From Clostridia bacterium (lineage in GTDB: Bacteria > Bacillota > Clostridia > Christensenellales > UBA1242), in contig JAGBFI010000016.1 of assembly GCA_017936585.1 (NCBI GenBank), forward strand, positions 31,577 to 95,576: a stretch of DNA of 64,000 nucleotides, in the 5' to 3' direction. Shown piece after piece: positions 37,869 through 46,000 of this stretch. The first letter of the stretch is position 1, and every line of letters begins with the position of its first letter. The notes under the pieces were generated by a model. It was not told the origin of the DNA and searched no databases. It was given only the letters and a program-made list of their open reading frames with translations. The position numbers and the translations under genes were made by a program.

Positions 37869-39221
37869 ATGAGTGAAGAAAAGAAAGAAGTTGAAATCCT
37901 TGAAGAGAATACTGCTTCAACAAAGCATTCTTTTTTTTCGCGCTTAAAGAAGAGATATAAAGACCGCAAGGCAAGGAAACTTCAGAAGCTTGAAAGCGAA
38001 AAATTGTCTGAAGAAGAACAGAAAAAAGTCGAAGAAAAAATTGAAGAGGCTAGTCAAGAAGTTAAATCTCAAGCTTCTGACAAAAAGAAAAAAATCAAAA
38101 GCATTATTTTCTTTATTTTCAATATCGTGCTTGTTGCGGCAATTTTGATTTGGAACATATATACAACTGATGACTTTATGCCTCTAAGTATGTTTGAAAT
38201 CAACTACGTATATGTGTTTGCTGCTCTTGCATTGCTGGTTTGCATTCTCATTTTTGATGTTCTGTCTGTGCATAGAATGATATACAGAAAAACAATGCGT
38301 TCAAGATGGCATTTGTCATACAAGTCTATAGCAATTTTGCGTTATTATGACGCAGTGACGCCTCTTTCATCGGGCGGGCAAGCGTTCATGACAACTTATC
38401 TCACTGGCAGAGATGTTCCGGGTGCTGTGTCACTTTCAATTCCAATGGCAAAACTTGTTTTCCAAAACATTGCGTGGCTTGTTATTTCTTTTGTTTGTTT
38501 GATTATTTCCTTCTCGAGAGGAATGGGGACTTTTGTGTCTGTCAGCAGCATCATTGGCTTTGTTTTGGCTTTTTGTATGATTGCAATTATTTTGTTTTTC
38601 TCCTTTTCAAAAAAGCTTGGACAAAAATTGGTGGCTTGGGGCTTGAGAGTTCTTGTCAAGCTGAGAATCTTGAAGAATTATGACAAATATTATAAAAAAG
38701 TTTTGAATTTCATTGAAGACTATCAAAATATCATGAAAGAATATGGGCGCGAAGCGTTTGACATCATATATCAAATTATTTTGCATGGGCTCAGATTTAT
38801 CTGTCTTTACAGCATTCCTTTCTTTATTTATTGTTCTTTCATGGGGTTTGACCCAAGCATGTTCAGCGAATTTTTCATTTACACCGCGCTGATTGAATTG
38901 GCGTCAAGCTTCATTCCGCTGCCTGGTGGAACTGGAATGAATGAAATCACTTTCACTTTCCTCTTTAAGCAATATTTGGGTGGTGCAACCTTCTGGGCAC
39001 TGATTCTTTGGAGATTCTGTTCTTATTATTTTTATCTTCTTCAAGGACTTGGAATTTTGTCGTACGACACCATCTATGGAAACCGCAAATATCGCTGGAT
39101 TAAGGCAAAAATGTCTCTGCAAGCTGAAAGTCAGGAATTTAGACGTGTTCAAATTGAAAATTTCAGAATGGAACGAAACAAACGCCGCAAACAGCAAAAT
39201 AAAGAAAAAAGAGCAAAATAG
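37869..39221 (+). CDS. YbhN/UPF0104 (lysyl-PG synthase TM-region-like, flippase-like) membrane protein
   Basis: 450 aa. Lys/Glu-rich N-terminal ~77 aa, then about 8 TM with the family motif SFIPLPGGTGMNEITF. Confidence 0.7.
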   Translation: MSEEKKEVEILEENTASTKHSFFSRLKKRYKDRKARKLQKLESEKLSEEEQKKVEEKIEEASQEVKSQASDKKKKIKSIIFFIFNIVLVAAILIWNIYTTDDFMPLSMFEINYVYVFAALALLVCILIFDVLSVHRMIYRKTMRSRWHLSYKSIAILRYYDAVTPLSSGGQAFMTTYLTGRDVPGAVSLSIPMAKLVFQNIAWLVISFVCLIISFSRGMGTFVSVSSIIGFVLAFCMIAIILFFSFSKKLGQKLVAWGLRVLVKLRILKNYDKYYKKVLNFIEDYQNIMKEYGREAFDIIYQIILHGLRFICLYSIPFFIYCSFMGFDPSMFSEFFIYTALIELASSFIPLPGGTGMNEITFTFLFKQYLGGATFWALILWRFCSYYFYLLQGLGILSYDTIYGNRKYRWIKAKMSLQAESQEFRRVQIENFRMERNKRRKQQNKEKRAK

Positions 39222-39257
39222 AAGAATAATTGTTGATTTCAAGCAAAAAATAACTCT

Positions 39258-39794
39258 ATGAAGAAAGAACGCGTTGGGTGGATTTTTGCTGTGGTCATTT
39301 TGTCAGTATTGCTTGTTGTCTCCGTGTTTTTGGGGGTGACAGGCTATTTTTCTTCCATCATATATCTCAAGTCAAATTCGGATTTGGTGGTGGGTGACAG
39401 CGTTTCAATCAGCGTCAGACCAAACCAAACGAGCGTTGTGTCATTCACTTTTGATGGAGGATATTTGTCAAATGAGAATATTCCTCAACTTGTGCAAATC
39501 AATGCTGCAGATTTAAACAGCGAGCTCCGAGTTCGCGTCAAAGCCACAGTTTTTGGGCTTGACGAAAACACTGACTTTGAGTTTATCACAACAAGTCATT
39601 TTGAGCAGGCGGAAGATGGATATTATTATTTTGACGATGTTTTGAAAGGCGGAAACAAAATAACGTTTTGCAACTATCTGAAAATTCCGGAGGATAATGA
39701 CTTCTCAAGCGGCGAAAAATATATTCTCACAATTGTTGTGGAGACGCTTGAAACGAAATATGATGAAAATATTTGGAAAAATGTCCAGCAATAG
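39258..39794 (+). CDS. signal-anchored hypothetical protein (178 aa)
   Basis: N-terminal TM WIFAVVILSVLLVVSVFLGV followed by a beta-rich ectodomain. No recognised motif. Confidence 0.5.
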   Translation: MKKERVGWIFAVVILSVLLVVSVFLGVTGYFSSIIYLKSNSDLVVGDSVSISVRPNQTSVVSFTFDGGYLSNENIPQLVQINAADLNSELRVRVKATVFGLDENTDFEFITTSHFEQAEDGYYYFDDVLKGGNKITFCNYLKIPEDNDFSSGEKYILTIVVETLETKYDENIWKNVQQ

Positions 39795-39861
39795 TTGGAC
39801 TTTTTTGTTTGTTTTATTTAAAATATAAGTATCTTTATTTAAACCTTTAAGGAGAAAAGAA

Positions 39862-40557
39862 ATGGAGCAAAGAAAACCTTTCATTCCACCTCCACCACCG
39901 CCTAGGGGAGCAAAGAAAGAAGAACTAGAGACGGAAAGCGTGTCAGAAAAGAAAATTGTGCCACCACAAAGACCTTCAATGCCAAAGTTTCCGCCAAACT
40001 TTCCAAAGAAGCCTCCAAAGTTGAGTGAGGGTGAGCAAAAGACTAAGGATGAAACAGAAGTTGCCAGCAAAACTGCGAAAGTGAGCTTGGATAAACAAGA
40101 CAATATGACGACTGTGGCTGAGGGCAATGTTGTGACAGCAAACGAAAATGGACAAGAGAATGTTGTTGACGAGGCTGTGGAACTCAAAGGCTTTGTTGAG
40201 ATGGAAGACTTTGAATTGGGACAAGAGAGTGAAGTCGAAATCTCAGGTGAGAAAGTTGAGGAAAAGAACGAAAAGAAAGACCCTTTCGATGACCTTGACT
40301 TTTTGTTGACTGAAGAGGAGAAAGAGACCTCTGTTGCTGAGAAGGAGCAGACTTCTGCCAAGAAATCAACTGCAAAAAAATTAGATAAAGACAAATTGGA
40401 AATGAAGGCAGAAAACGAAAAAGAAAAGGATGAGGTGGACGAAATTTTTGAACAGACGCCACACAAAGGAGTAAATTGGCATTTGATTGCCGGCTGGGGA
40501 GGTTTTATTGTTTCAGCTGTGGCATTTGCAATTTTCATTTATTTGTTGATAAAATGA
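39862..40557 (+). CDS. Pro-rich / acidic, C-terminally tail-anchored protein (231 aa)
   Basis: AAGGAGAAAAG RBS. FIPPPPPPRG...PKFPPNFPKKPPK, a long Glu/Lys-rich middle, and a single C-terminal TM GWGGFIVSAVAFAIFIYLLIK. Confidence 0.55.
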   Translation: MEQRKPFIPPPPPPRGAKKEELETESVSEKKIVPPQRPSMPKFPPNFPKKPPKLSEGEQKTKDETEVASKTAKVSLDKQDNMTTVAEGNVVTANENGQENVVDEAVELKGFVEMEDFELGQESEVEISGEKVEEKNEKKDPFDDLDFLLTEEEKETSVAEKEQTSAKKSTAKKLDKDKLEMKAENEKEKDEVDEIFEQTPHKGVNWHLIAGWGGFIVSAVAFAIFIYLLIK

Positions 40558-40585
40558 ACAAATTTCAATAAAAATGCACTAAAAG

Positions 40586-40607
40586 CACCAAATTTTGGTG
40601 TTTTTTT
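40586..40607 (+). terminator. rho-independent terminator
   Basis: CACCAAAATTTTGGTG, an 8-bp palindrome of which at most the outer ~6 bp (CACCAA/TTGGTG) can pair around an AATT loop, followed by T7. Confidence 0.7.
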
Positions 40608-40642
40608 GTTTTGGAAAGTGATTTTGAGGCAATATTTGCTTT

Positions 40643-41104
40643 ATGAAAAAACTTATTGTGTTTATGTTTTTACTTTGTTGTTTTGTGGGGACGATATTTT
40701 TTAAAGATGAAAAAAATCCCTTTTTTTCAATTGATGGAATTGAAAAAGTCTGCTTTGCGGCGAATGAAAAGATTGGGTGTTTTGATGTTGAAGGGGTGCA
40801 TTGCGGAGATTTGGTGTTCAATTTCTGCTCTATTGAAACGGCAAAGTCAAATTTAAGTGAACTTAAAAAACAGTCAAAGAGTATGCAACTTTATTTTCAA
40901 GGTGGTGATGTTCACCAGCTGCTTGACAGTTTGAAGGCGGAGATTGTGTCGACATCAGAGCATGAGGGGTTGATGGTTTTTAATTGTTACACGCCATACG
41001 AGCAAAGTTGTGTTTATGTGGAGAATAAGAAGGTTAATCTGCAAATTGCCGTGGAGGGTGAAAAGATTGTAGCGGGCTTCCCTGTGATTTTGACTGGATT
41101 TTGA
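40643..41104 (+). CDS. secreted protein, possibly YwmB-like (DUF1779)
   Basis: Signal-like N-terminus. The C-terminal NLQIAVEGEKIVAGFPVILTGF resembles the YwmB ending MNLQIALR...VGTPIVTTEY. Recognised from memory only. Confidence 0.4.
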   Translation: MKKLIVFMFLLCCFVGTIFFKDEKNPFFSIDGIEKVCFAANEKIGCFDVEGVHCGDLVFNFCSIETAKSNLSELKKQSKSMQLYFQGGDVHQLLDSLKAEIVSTSEHEGLMVFNCYTPYEQSCVYVENKKVNLQIAVEGEKIVAGFPVILTGF

Positions 41105-41216
41105 CTAAAAATTAGCAAAAATTATGCTAAAAATTGAAAAAACGAAAAAAAAAAGAAAAAGTCATGTTTAAAACTGCGATTTTCTGGAAAATATCATGTC
41201 GTGGAGGTAGATAAAA

Positions 41217-41783
41217 ATGGAAATCAAAAACAATAATAAATTTAAAACTTTCTTCAAAAGATTTGGAGCGATTGGGCTTGCTGGAGTGTTTTCGGTGGCA
41301 ATTGCGCTTACGATTGGGCTCACTGCAACGCATCCAGAGGAGCAACAACCAGTGTCGACAGGTGCAATGGTGTTTGAACTTCCAATGACAAACGCTGTTG
41401 TTGTGAAAGACTATGCAGAAGACAGGCTTCAACACAACGAATCTTTGAAAAGATGGGAAGCGCACTTGGCAATCGACTTGGCGTCAGAAAATGCTTCAGT
41501 GTTTTCAATTTATGACGGGGTTGTGGCTTCTGTGGAGACAAATTCTTTGCAAGGCACAGTCGTGACAATCAACCATGAGGACGGATTTGTCAGTGTGTAT
41601 GGGTCTCTTGCTGACGAGCTTATGGTGAATGTCGGAGACGCGGTTGTGAGTGGACAAGAAATTGGCAGGGCTTCAACATCTGCGACAAATGAAATTCATT
41701 CTGGAGCTCATTTGCACTTCACTCTTCTTAAAGATGGAGAGACTGTTGACCCAAACAATTATCTCGATTTGCAGAACAAATAA
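41217..41783 (+). CDS. membrane-anchored M23/LytM peptidase-domain protein, SpoIIQ-like
   Basis: N-terminal TM FGAIGLAGVFSVAIALTIGL, then a LytM domain with intact HxxxD (HLAIDL) and HxH (AHLHF) zinc ligands. Located next to spoIIID, as spoIIQ is in some Clostridia. Confidence 0.75.
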   Translation: MEIKNNNKFKTFFKRFGAIGLAGVFSVAIALTIGLTATHPEEQQPVSTGAMVFELPMTNAVVVKDYAEDRLQHNESLKRWEAHLAIDLASENASVFSIYDGVVASVETNSLQGTVVTINHEDGFVSVYGSLADELMVNVGDAVVSGQEIGRASTSATNEIHSGAHLHFTLLKDGETVDPNNYLDLQNK

Positions 41784-41885
41784 TTAAAAAATTTTAAATT
41801 GTTTTTCAAAAATTGTGCGAAAAATTGCAATTTAAGTTGCAAAATGTATGTGTGATGTGATATCATGTATACATGGAGGTTTGAC

Positions 41886-42116
41886 ATGATTCTTGAAAAA
41901 GTGAAAGAGCTTGTTGCAGAACAACTTGGAATTTCAAAAGACGAAGTTCTTGCCGAATCAAACATTATTGAGGATTTGGGAGCTGACTCTCTTGATGTGA
42001 TTGAAATGTTGATGACTTTGGAAGAAGAATTTGGAATTTCAATTCCGGATGACCAAATCAATCAAATTAAGACAGTGAGCGAAATTGTTGAATTGATTGA
42101 AAAATGCAAAGCGTAA
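41886..42116 (+). CDS. acpP: acyl carrier protein
   Basis: Start ATG 41886 after GGAGG. 76 aa with phosphopantetheine site LGADSLDVIEMLMTLEEEFG. Confidence 0.9.
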   Translation: MILEKVKELVAEQLGISKDEVLAESNIIEDLGADSLDVIEMLMTLEEEFGISIPDDQINQIKTVSEIVELIEKCKA

Positions 42117-42210
42117 AATGGTTGTGATTTGTCACAGCTATTTTTCTTTTCATTGTGGTTAAGTTTGAATGAAAATAAAATGAGTTGAAATGTTAAAGTT
42201 TTTTGTATAA

Positions 42211-42238
42211 AGCATGGGGTGTCCTCATGCTTTTTTTT
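42211..42238 (+). terminator. rho-independent terminator after acpP
   Basis: Stem AGCATGGGG / (T)CCTCATGCT followed by T8. Confidence 0.8.
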
Positions 42239-42293
42239 GATGCGAAGAAGAACGTTGAAAGTTGTGCTTTGAGAACTTGTTCGACAAATTAGG

Positions 42294-42322
42294 GCATAAA
42301 CTGACAAAAAAGTTCATAGATT
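42294..42322 (+). promoter_or_regulatory. candidate sigma-E-type (mother-cell) promoter of spoIIID
   Basis: GCATAAA, 14-nt spacer, CATAGATT, compared with the remembered B. subtilis sigma-E consensus kmATAww-N14-CATACAmT (7/7 and 6/8). Geometry fits ATG 42356. Confidence 0.3.
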
Positions 42323-42355
42323 TTCTTATGGCAAAATTTGCCTTTTGGAGGATTT

Positions 42356-42619
42356 ATGAAGGCGTATATCAAAGAGAGAACTTTGCAACTTGCAGAGCAT
42401 ATTTCGCAAACTGAAGATACAATCAGGAGGACTGCTCAGATTTTTAATTTAAGCAAAAGTACAGTTCACAATGACCTGTCGAAGCGTTTAAGAAAAGTTG
42501 ATGAAAAGAAATATGAAGAAGTCAAAAAGATTTTGGATAAGAATTTTGAAGAGAAACATATCCGTGGCGGACAGTCTACAAAGAAAAAATATTTACAAAA
42601 CAGAGAATGTGAGCGATAG
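42356..42619 (+). CDS. spoIIID: stage III sporulation protein D (SpoIIID DNA-binding protein)
   Basis: 87 aa. MKAYIKERTLQLAEHI..T.DTIRRTAQIFNLSKSTVHNDLSKRL......EVKKILD.N..EKHIRGGQSTKKKY is collinear with B. subtilis SpoIIID. ATG 42356 follows GGAGGA. Confidence 0.9.
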   Translation: MKAYIKERTLQLAEHISQTEDTIRRTAQIFNLSKSTVHNDLSKRLRKVDEKKYEEVKKILDKNFEEKHIRGGQSTKKKYLQNRECER

Positions 42620-42661
42620 GAAATTGAATGGAAAAATCTCCTGCAAATTAAGAAAAGGAAA

Positions 42662-42762
42662 TTTTTTATAAATTAAAAAATAATAAAAAATGGTTAAAAA
42701 ATCGCAAAAAAATTGTTTTTTTGTGATTTTTGCTATTTTTTCGCATTTTTTGACAATTTTTT
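42662..42762. promoter_or_regulatory. helically phased A/T-tract array (predicted intrinsically curved DNA)
   Basis: Ten homopolymer tracts of 5-7 nt start at 42662(T6), 42675(A6), 42685(A6), 42696(A6), 42706(A7), 42716(T7), 42727(T5), 42736(T6), 42746(T6) and 42757(T6). Nine of the ten are spaced 9-11 bp apart. Confidence 0.7.
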
Positions 42763-42914
42763 AAGTTGAAAGCTGAATTTTCTGCGAGCAAAAAATATGC
42801 ACGTTTTGAGGTCGGATGAAAAAATATTTGAAAAAAATTTTCGAAAATATCAAAAAATCATTTTTTTGAATTCAAAAAATATTTTTTAATTTTTATGAAA
42901 TTTTTTGTCACAAT

Positions 42915-42944
42915 TTGACTTGTGCTTTGTATTTTTATTATAAT
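42915..42944 (+). promoter_or_regulatory. sigma-A type promoter of the giant gene
   Basis: TTGACT (42915-42920), 18-nt spacer, TATAAT (42939-42944). Predicted 5' UTR of about 43 nt ends in AGGAGGA (42984-42990). Confidence 0.5.
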
Positions 42945-42993
42945 TATTTATATAAATTTTCATGAAATTGCAGATAGTATTATAGGAGGACAC

Positions 42994-43062
42994 ATGAAAA
43001 AATTTGCGCTTGGCATTTTAAGTGTTTTTATAATCCTTGGAGGAGTACTTTTGTCGGCTTGT
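42994..43062 (+). other. type II (lipoprotein) signal peptide of the giant protein
   Basis: Basic n-region MKK, hydrophobic core, lipobox L-S-A-C with Cys codon TGT at 43060-43062. Confidence 0.75.
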
Positions 43063-46000
43063 GACAAGAGAGTTTCTTTGTCGGTTCCGGTTGATGAAGT
43101 TGTCATCTTCACCAATGACGAATCGGAAGAAAATCCAAAAGAGAAGGAGATTGGGTTGACGCTTGAAAATTCTTCTGCTGGGGTCAATGTTGAAATCTTG
43201 AATGGCGAAGATTGCATTCGTGTGTCGTCTGCAAAACGCAGGGGTGGAAACAATTATTATTTCACCATCTACGGTGACAGAGCGGGCACTGCGGAAGTAA
43301 AAGTTTCCGCTGTGGAAGATTCTTCGCAAGTCCACACAATTAACGTTGTGGTTAACACGATTTTGGAAGGTATTGAAACAAGCAAGAATGACACTGTCAA
43401 CAATCGCTCAAAACTTTTCATTGTGAAGGGTGGCGAAATTGACTTGAAGGCAGAGGAATATTTTGACTTTAAGCCTGAGACTGCAAACATTGTGGATGTG
43501 AATTGGACTTTTGAAGATGGAACGACAGAAATCTATCAAGACGACGTGCTTGTTGCTGAGATTGTTGATGCAAAATTGAAAGTTTATAACAATGACAACA
43601 ACACGCTTTCTTATGTGAGTTTGAAAGCAACATCAACAAGAAATGAAAAAGTGAGCAGTGTTGTCAGACTTGAGGTTCTTGAAAGTGCGACAATCAACAG
43701 AATGGCAATTCAAGACATTGCTGGAGAAATTGTGCTCTATCAAAACAACAGTCCTGCCGTGACAGATGTTGTTGAATTCAATTTAAAACGCAACGATGCA
43801 TCAAGAGCGGTGGCTTCTGGTGAAATCGTTGTCAACACAAAGTATGACGTTCAACTTTCACCAATCATCTTCAAGAAAGATGGCAAAAAGCTTGTTGAGC
43901 TGGCAGAGAATGAATGGTCAGAATATTTTGACTTCAACATCAACAGAAAGACAACTGACGAAGTGAATGGTCAGGTGAGATATAATTTCAGTTTGGATGC
44001 CTATGACAGAGACTCAATTTTGAGTTTTGGAAGCTTCATGCTTTATCTCAATGTGGGTTACAGAAACTATGCATATGACATCACAACAAAGGCTGTGAAT
44101 GTTCAAATCAATTCGACATATGCGGTTGAACAAATTGACCTTTATGACAGTCAAGGCGAAATGATAAACAACAGCGAAGTGAATGTCTATTCAAGTTACA
44201 GCAAAGTTTCGGACGCAACAGGCAGCTGGAGAGGCTATGAGGTTGATTCTTTGCTTAAGCCTGAAGAGGTTGCGCTCGACAACAACTTGTTTAGAATTTC
44301 AATTGATGTCAATCAAAATGATGTTTTGAGAAGATACATAAACGCACTTTCGCCAGAAGATAAAGAAAATCCAATTGCTGCGATTGCAAGTTTCAAGAAG
44401 AAAAATGGCAACGAAATAACTTTCAGCGCTTCTGCTGGCAGTGCAACATACGTTTCAGAAGAGATTGCAAGTGGTGAAGAAATCTATGTTTTGGCAAGTG
44501 GAAAGATTGAAAATATCTTGGAAAATGTCAGAGTGGATTTCATCCCTTCAAGTGATGTGACAAAAGCAACGAAAGTGTCATTCAACTTCATCAAAATCAC
44601 AGAAGATGCAACGCTTGGCGTTTTCAATGAAGATGGAACTGCTGTGACAAAGAGATTTATCTCTTCAAACAATGTCAGCACAAGAAAAATCTCTTATCGC
44701 GTGAGAATCAATGGTTTGACATCTCTCAGTGGTTTGGAACTTGTCAATGACAATTCACTTTTCAAATTTTCAGAAATGACACTTATCCCTGCGACTGATC
44801 CAGAAACTGATTTTGTGACAGTTGACTTTGACGTAACTCTGGAGGGGGCGAACTTTGAAGCAACAACAAAATTCTGGTTTGAGCACATCACTGGCAAGAC
44901 CTCGGAAATGTTTGAACTTGAGGCGTTCAGACCTTTGGAATCTGTTTCAATTTTGAACGCAGATGCTCAGTCTGCAAATGTCTACATTTCTCACACTGGG
45001 GTGCAAAGTTATGTTGAAAAGAATGGCACGATTTCTGAAAATGCAAATCTTCAAAATGAAACCCTCAGCAAACTTATGGTGGAAGCCGGAAGCATCATTT
45101 CTTTGAATACAACATATCAATCACTTTCTGATGCTGGAATTTCATACGCTTATCTTTCATATGAGACAATGGTTGAGCAGCTTGTTGACCTGCAACTTGA
45201 TGATTTGATTGACCAATTTATTGACGCTGGCTTGACTGATGAAGAGGCAACAGCAAAAGCCATGGAAATCATCGAACAACAAGCAAAAGACTTGTTCAAT
45301 GAAAAGTCGGCTTCAGTGGGCGGCACGATATATAAAAACGGACTTGAATTTGTTGCAAAGAAGATGTTTGACTCGTTTGGAATGATTGACAATGTTTACA
45401 TCAGTCAAATCAACGACACACGTTTGCAAGTGACAGACAATGAGTTTAAGGGCTACGTGCTTGTGAGATTCAACGGCTTTGATGCGGACTATAACTCCAT
45501 CACTGTTGTCAGAATCTTCGCTTTGGAAAGCTTCTATGCAGTCAACAGCTTGACTCCAAATGTCAAAGAAGATTTGCTTTACACAACCGAAACGCTCAGT
45601 GCAAATGATGTTGCAATGGCTTCAGTCGATGTGACAATTTCACTCAGAGCGGATGATAAGGTGCCAACATACAGCGCTCTAGAATATTTCAACTTCACTT
45701 CAGCAAAAGACAACTGGACAACAGACACTGCGAACAACCTTTTGCTCAAGAAAAACAGATTTTATACTGTCAGCAGCATTCAGCCATATCTCAATGGAAA
45801 ATATCTGACATTCACAATCACTGCGAATTCGACAAACTCTCAAACATCTTTCCATGACATTTTGACAATCACATACACAGACGATTATGGTTTTGAAAGA
45901 AAGACGGAAGTTTCGCTTGAAATTCGAAATGTTGAAAGAGTGGAGAGTGTTAAGTGGATCAATAGAACGCTGAATGATGAAATCTATCTCAACTTGACTT

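Noticed and set aside
39705-40538. 277-aa minus-strand ORF (Ser/Phe-rich) antisense to the Pro/Glu-rich gene
   Set aside because: This is a shadow ORF typical of GAA/AAG-rich sense DNA. It has no RBS and a low-complexity SFSS composition, whereas the plus-strand gene has a good RBS and a plausible TM anchor.
42662-42910. The periodic A/T-tract region considered as a CRISPR array or tandem repeat
   Set aside because: Only the homopolymer tracts recur. The intervening bases are not conserved units, there are no repeat-spacer structures, and no cas genes are present. It is better described as phased A-tracts.
42922-42993. Track start of the giant ORF at 42922 (MLCIFIIIIYINFHEIADSIIGGH...)
   Set aside because: It has no RBS, lies inside the predicted promoter and 5' UTR, and would bury the lipoprotein signal. 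ATG 42994 with AGGAGGA is much better supported.
42620-42993. SpoIIID binding boxes or sigma-E/K promoter in front of the giant gene
   Set aside because: TGACAA-containing words occur at about 42751-42756 and on the opposite strand at about 42905-42911. They do not match the remembered WWRRACAR-Y consensus at the purine positions, and such words are expected by chance in AT-rich DNA. No CATA-type -10 element is visible.
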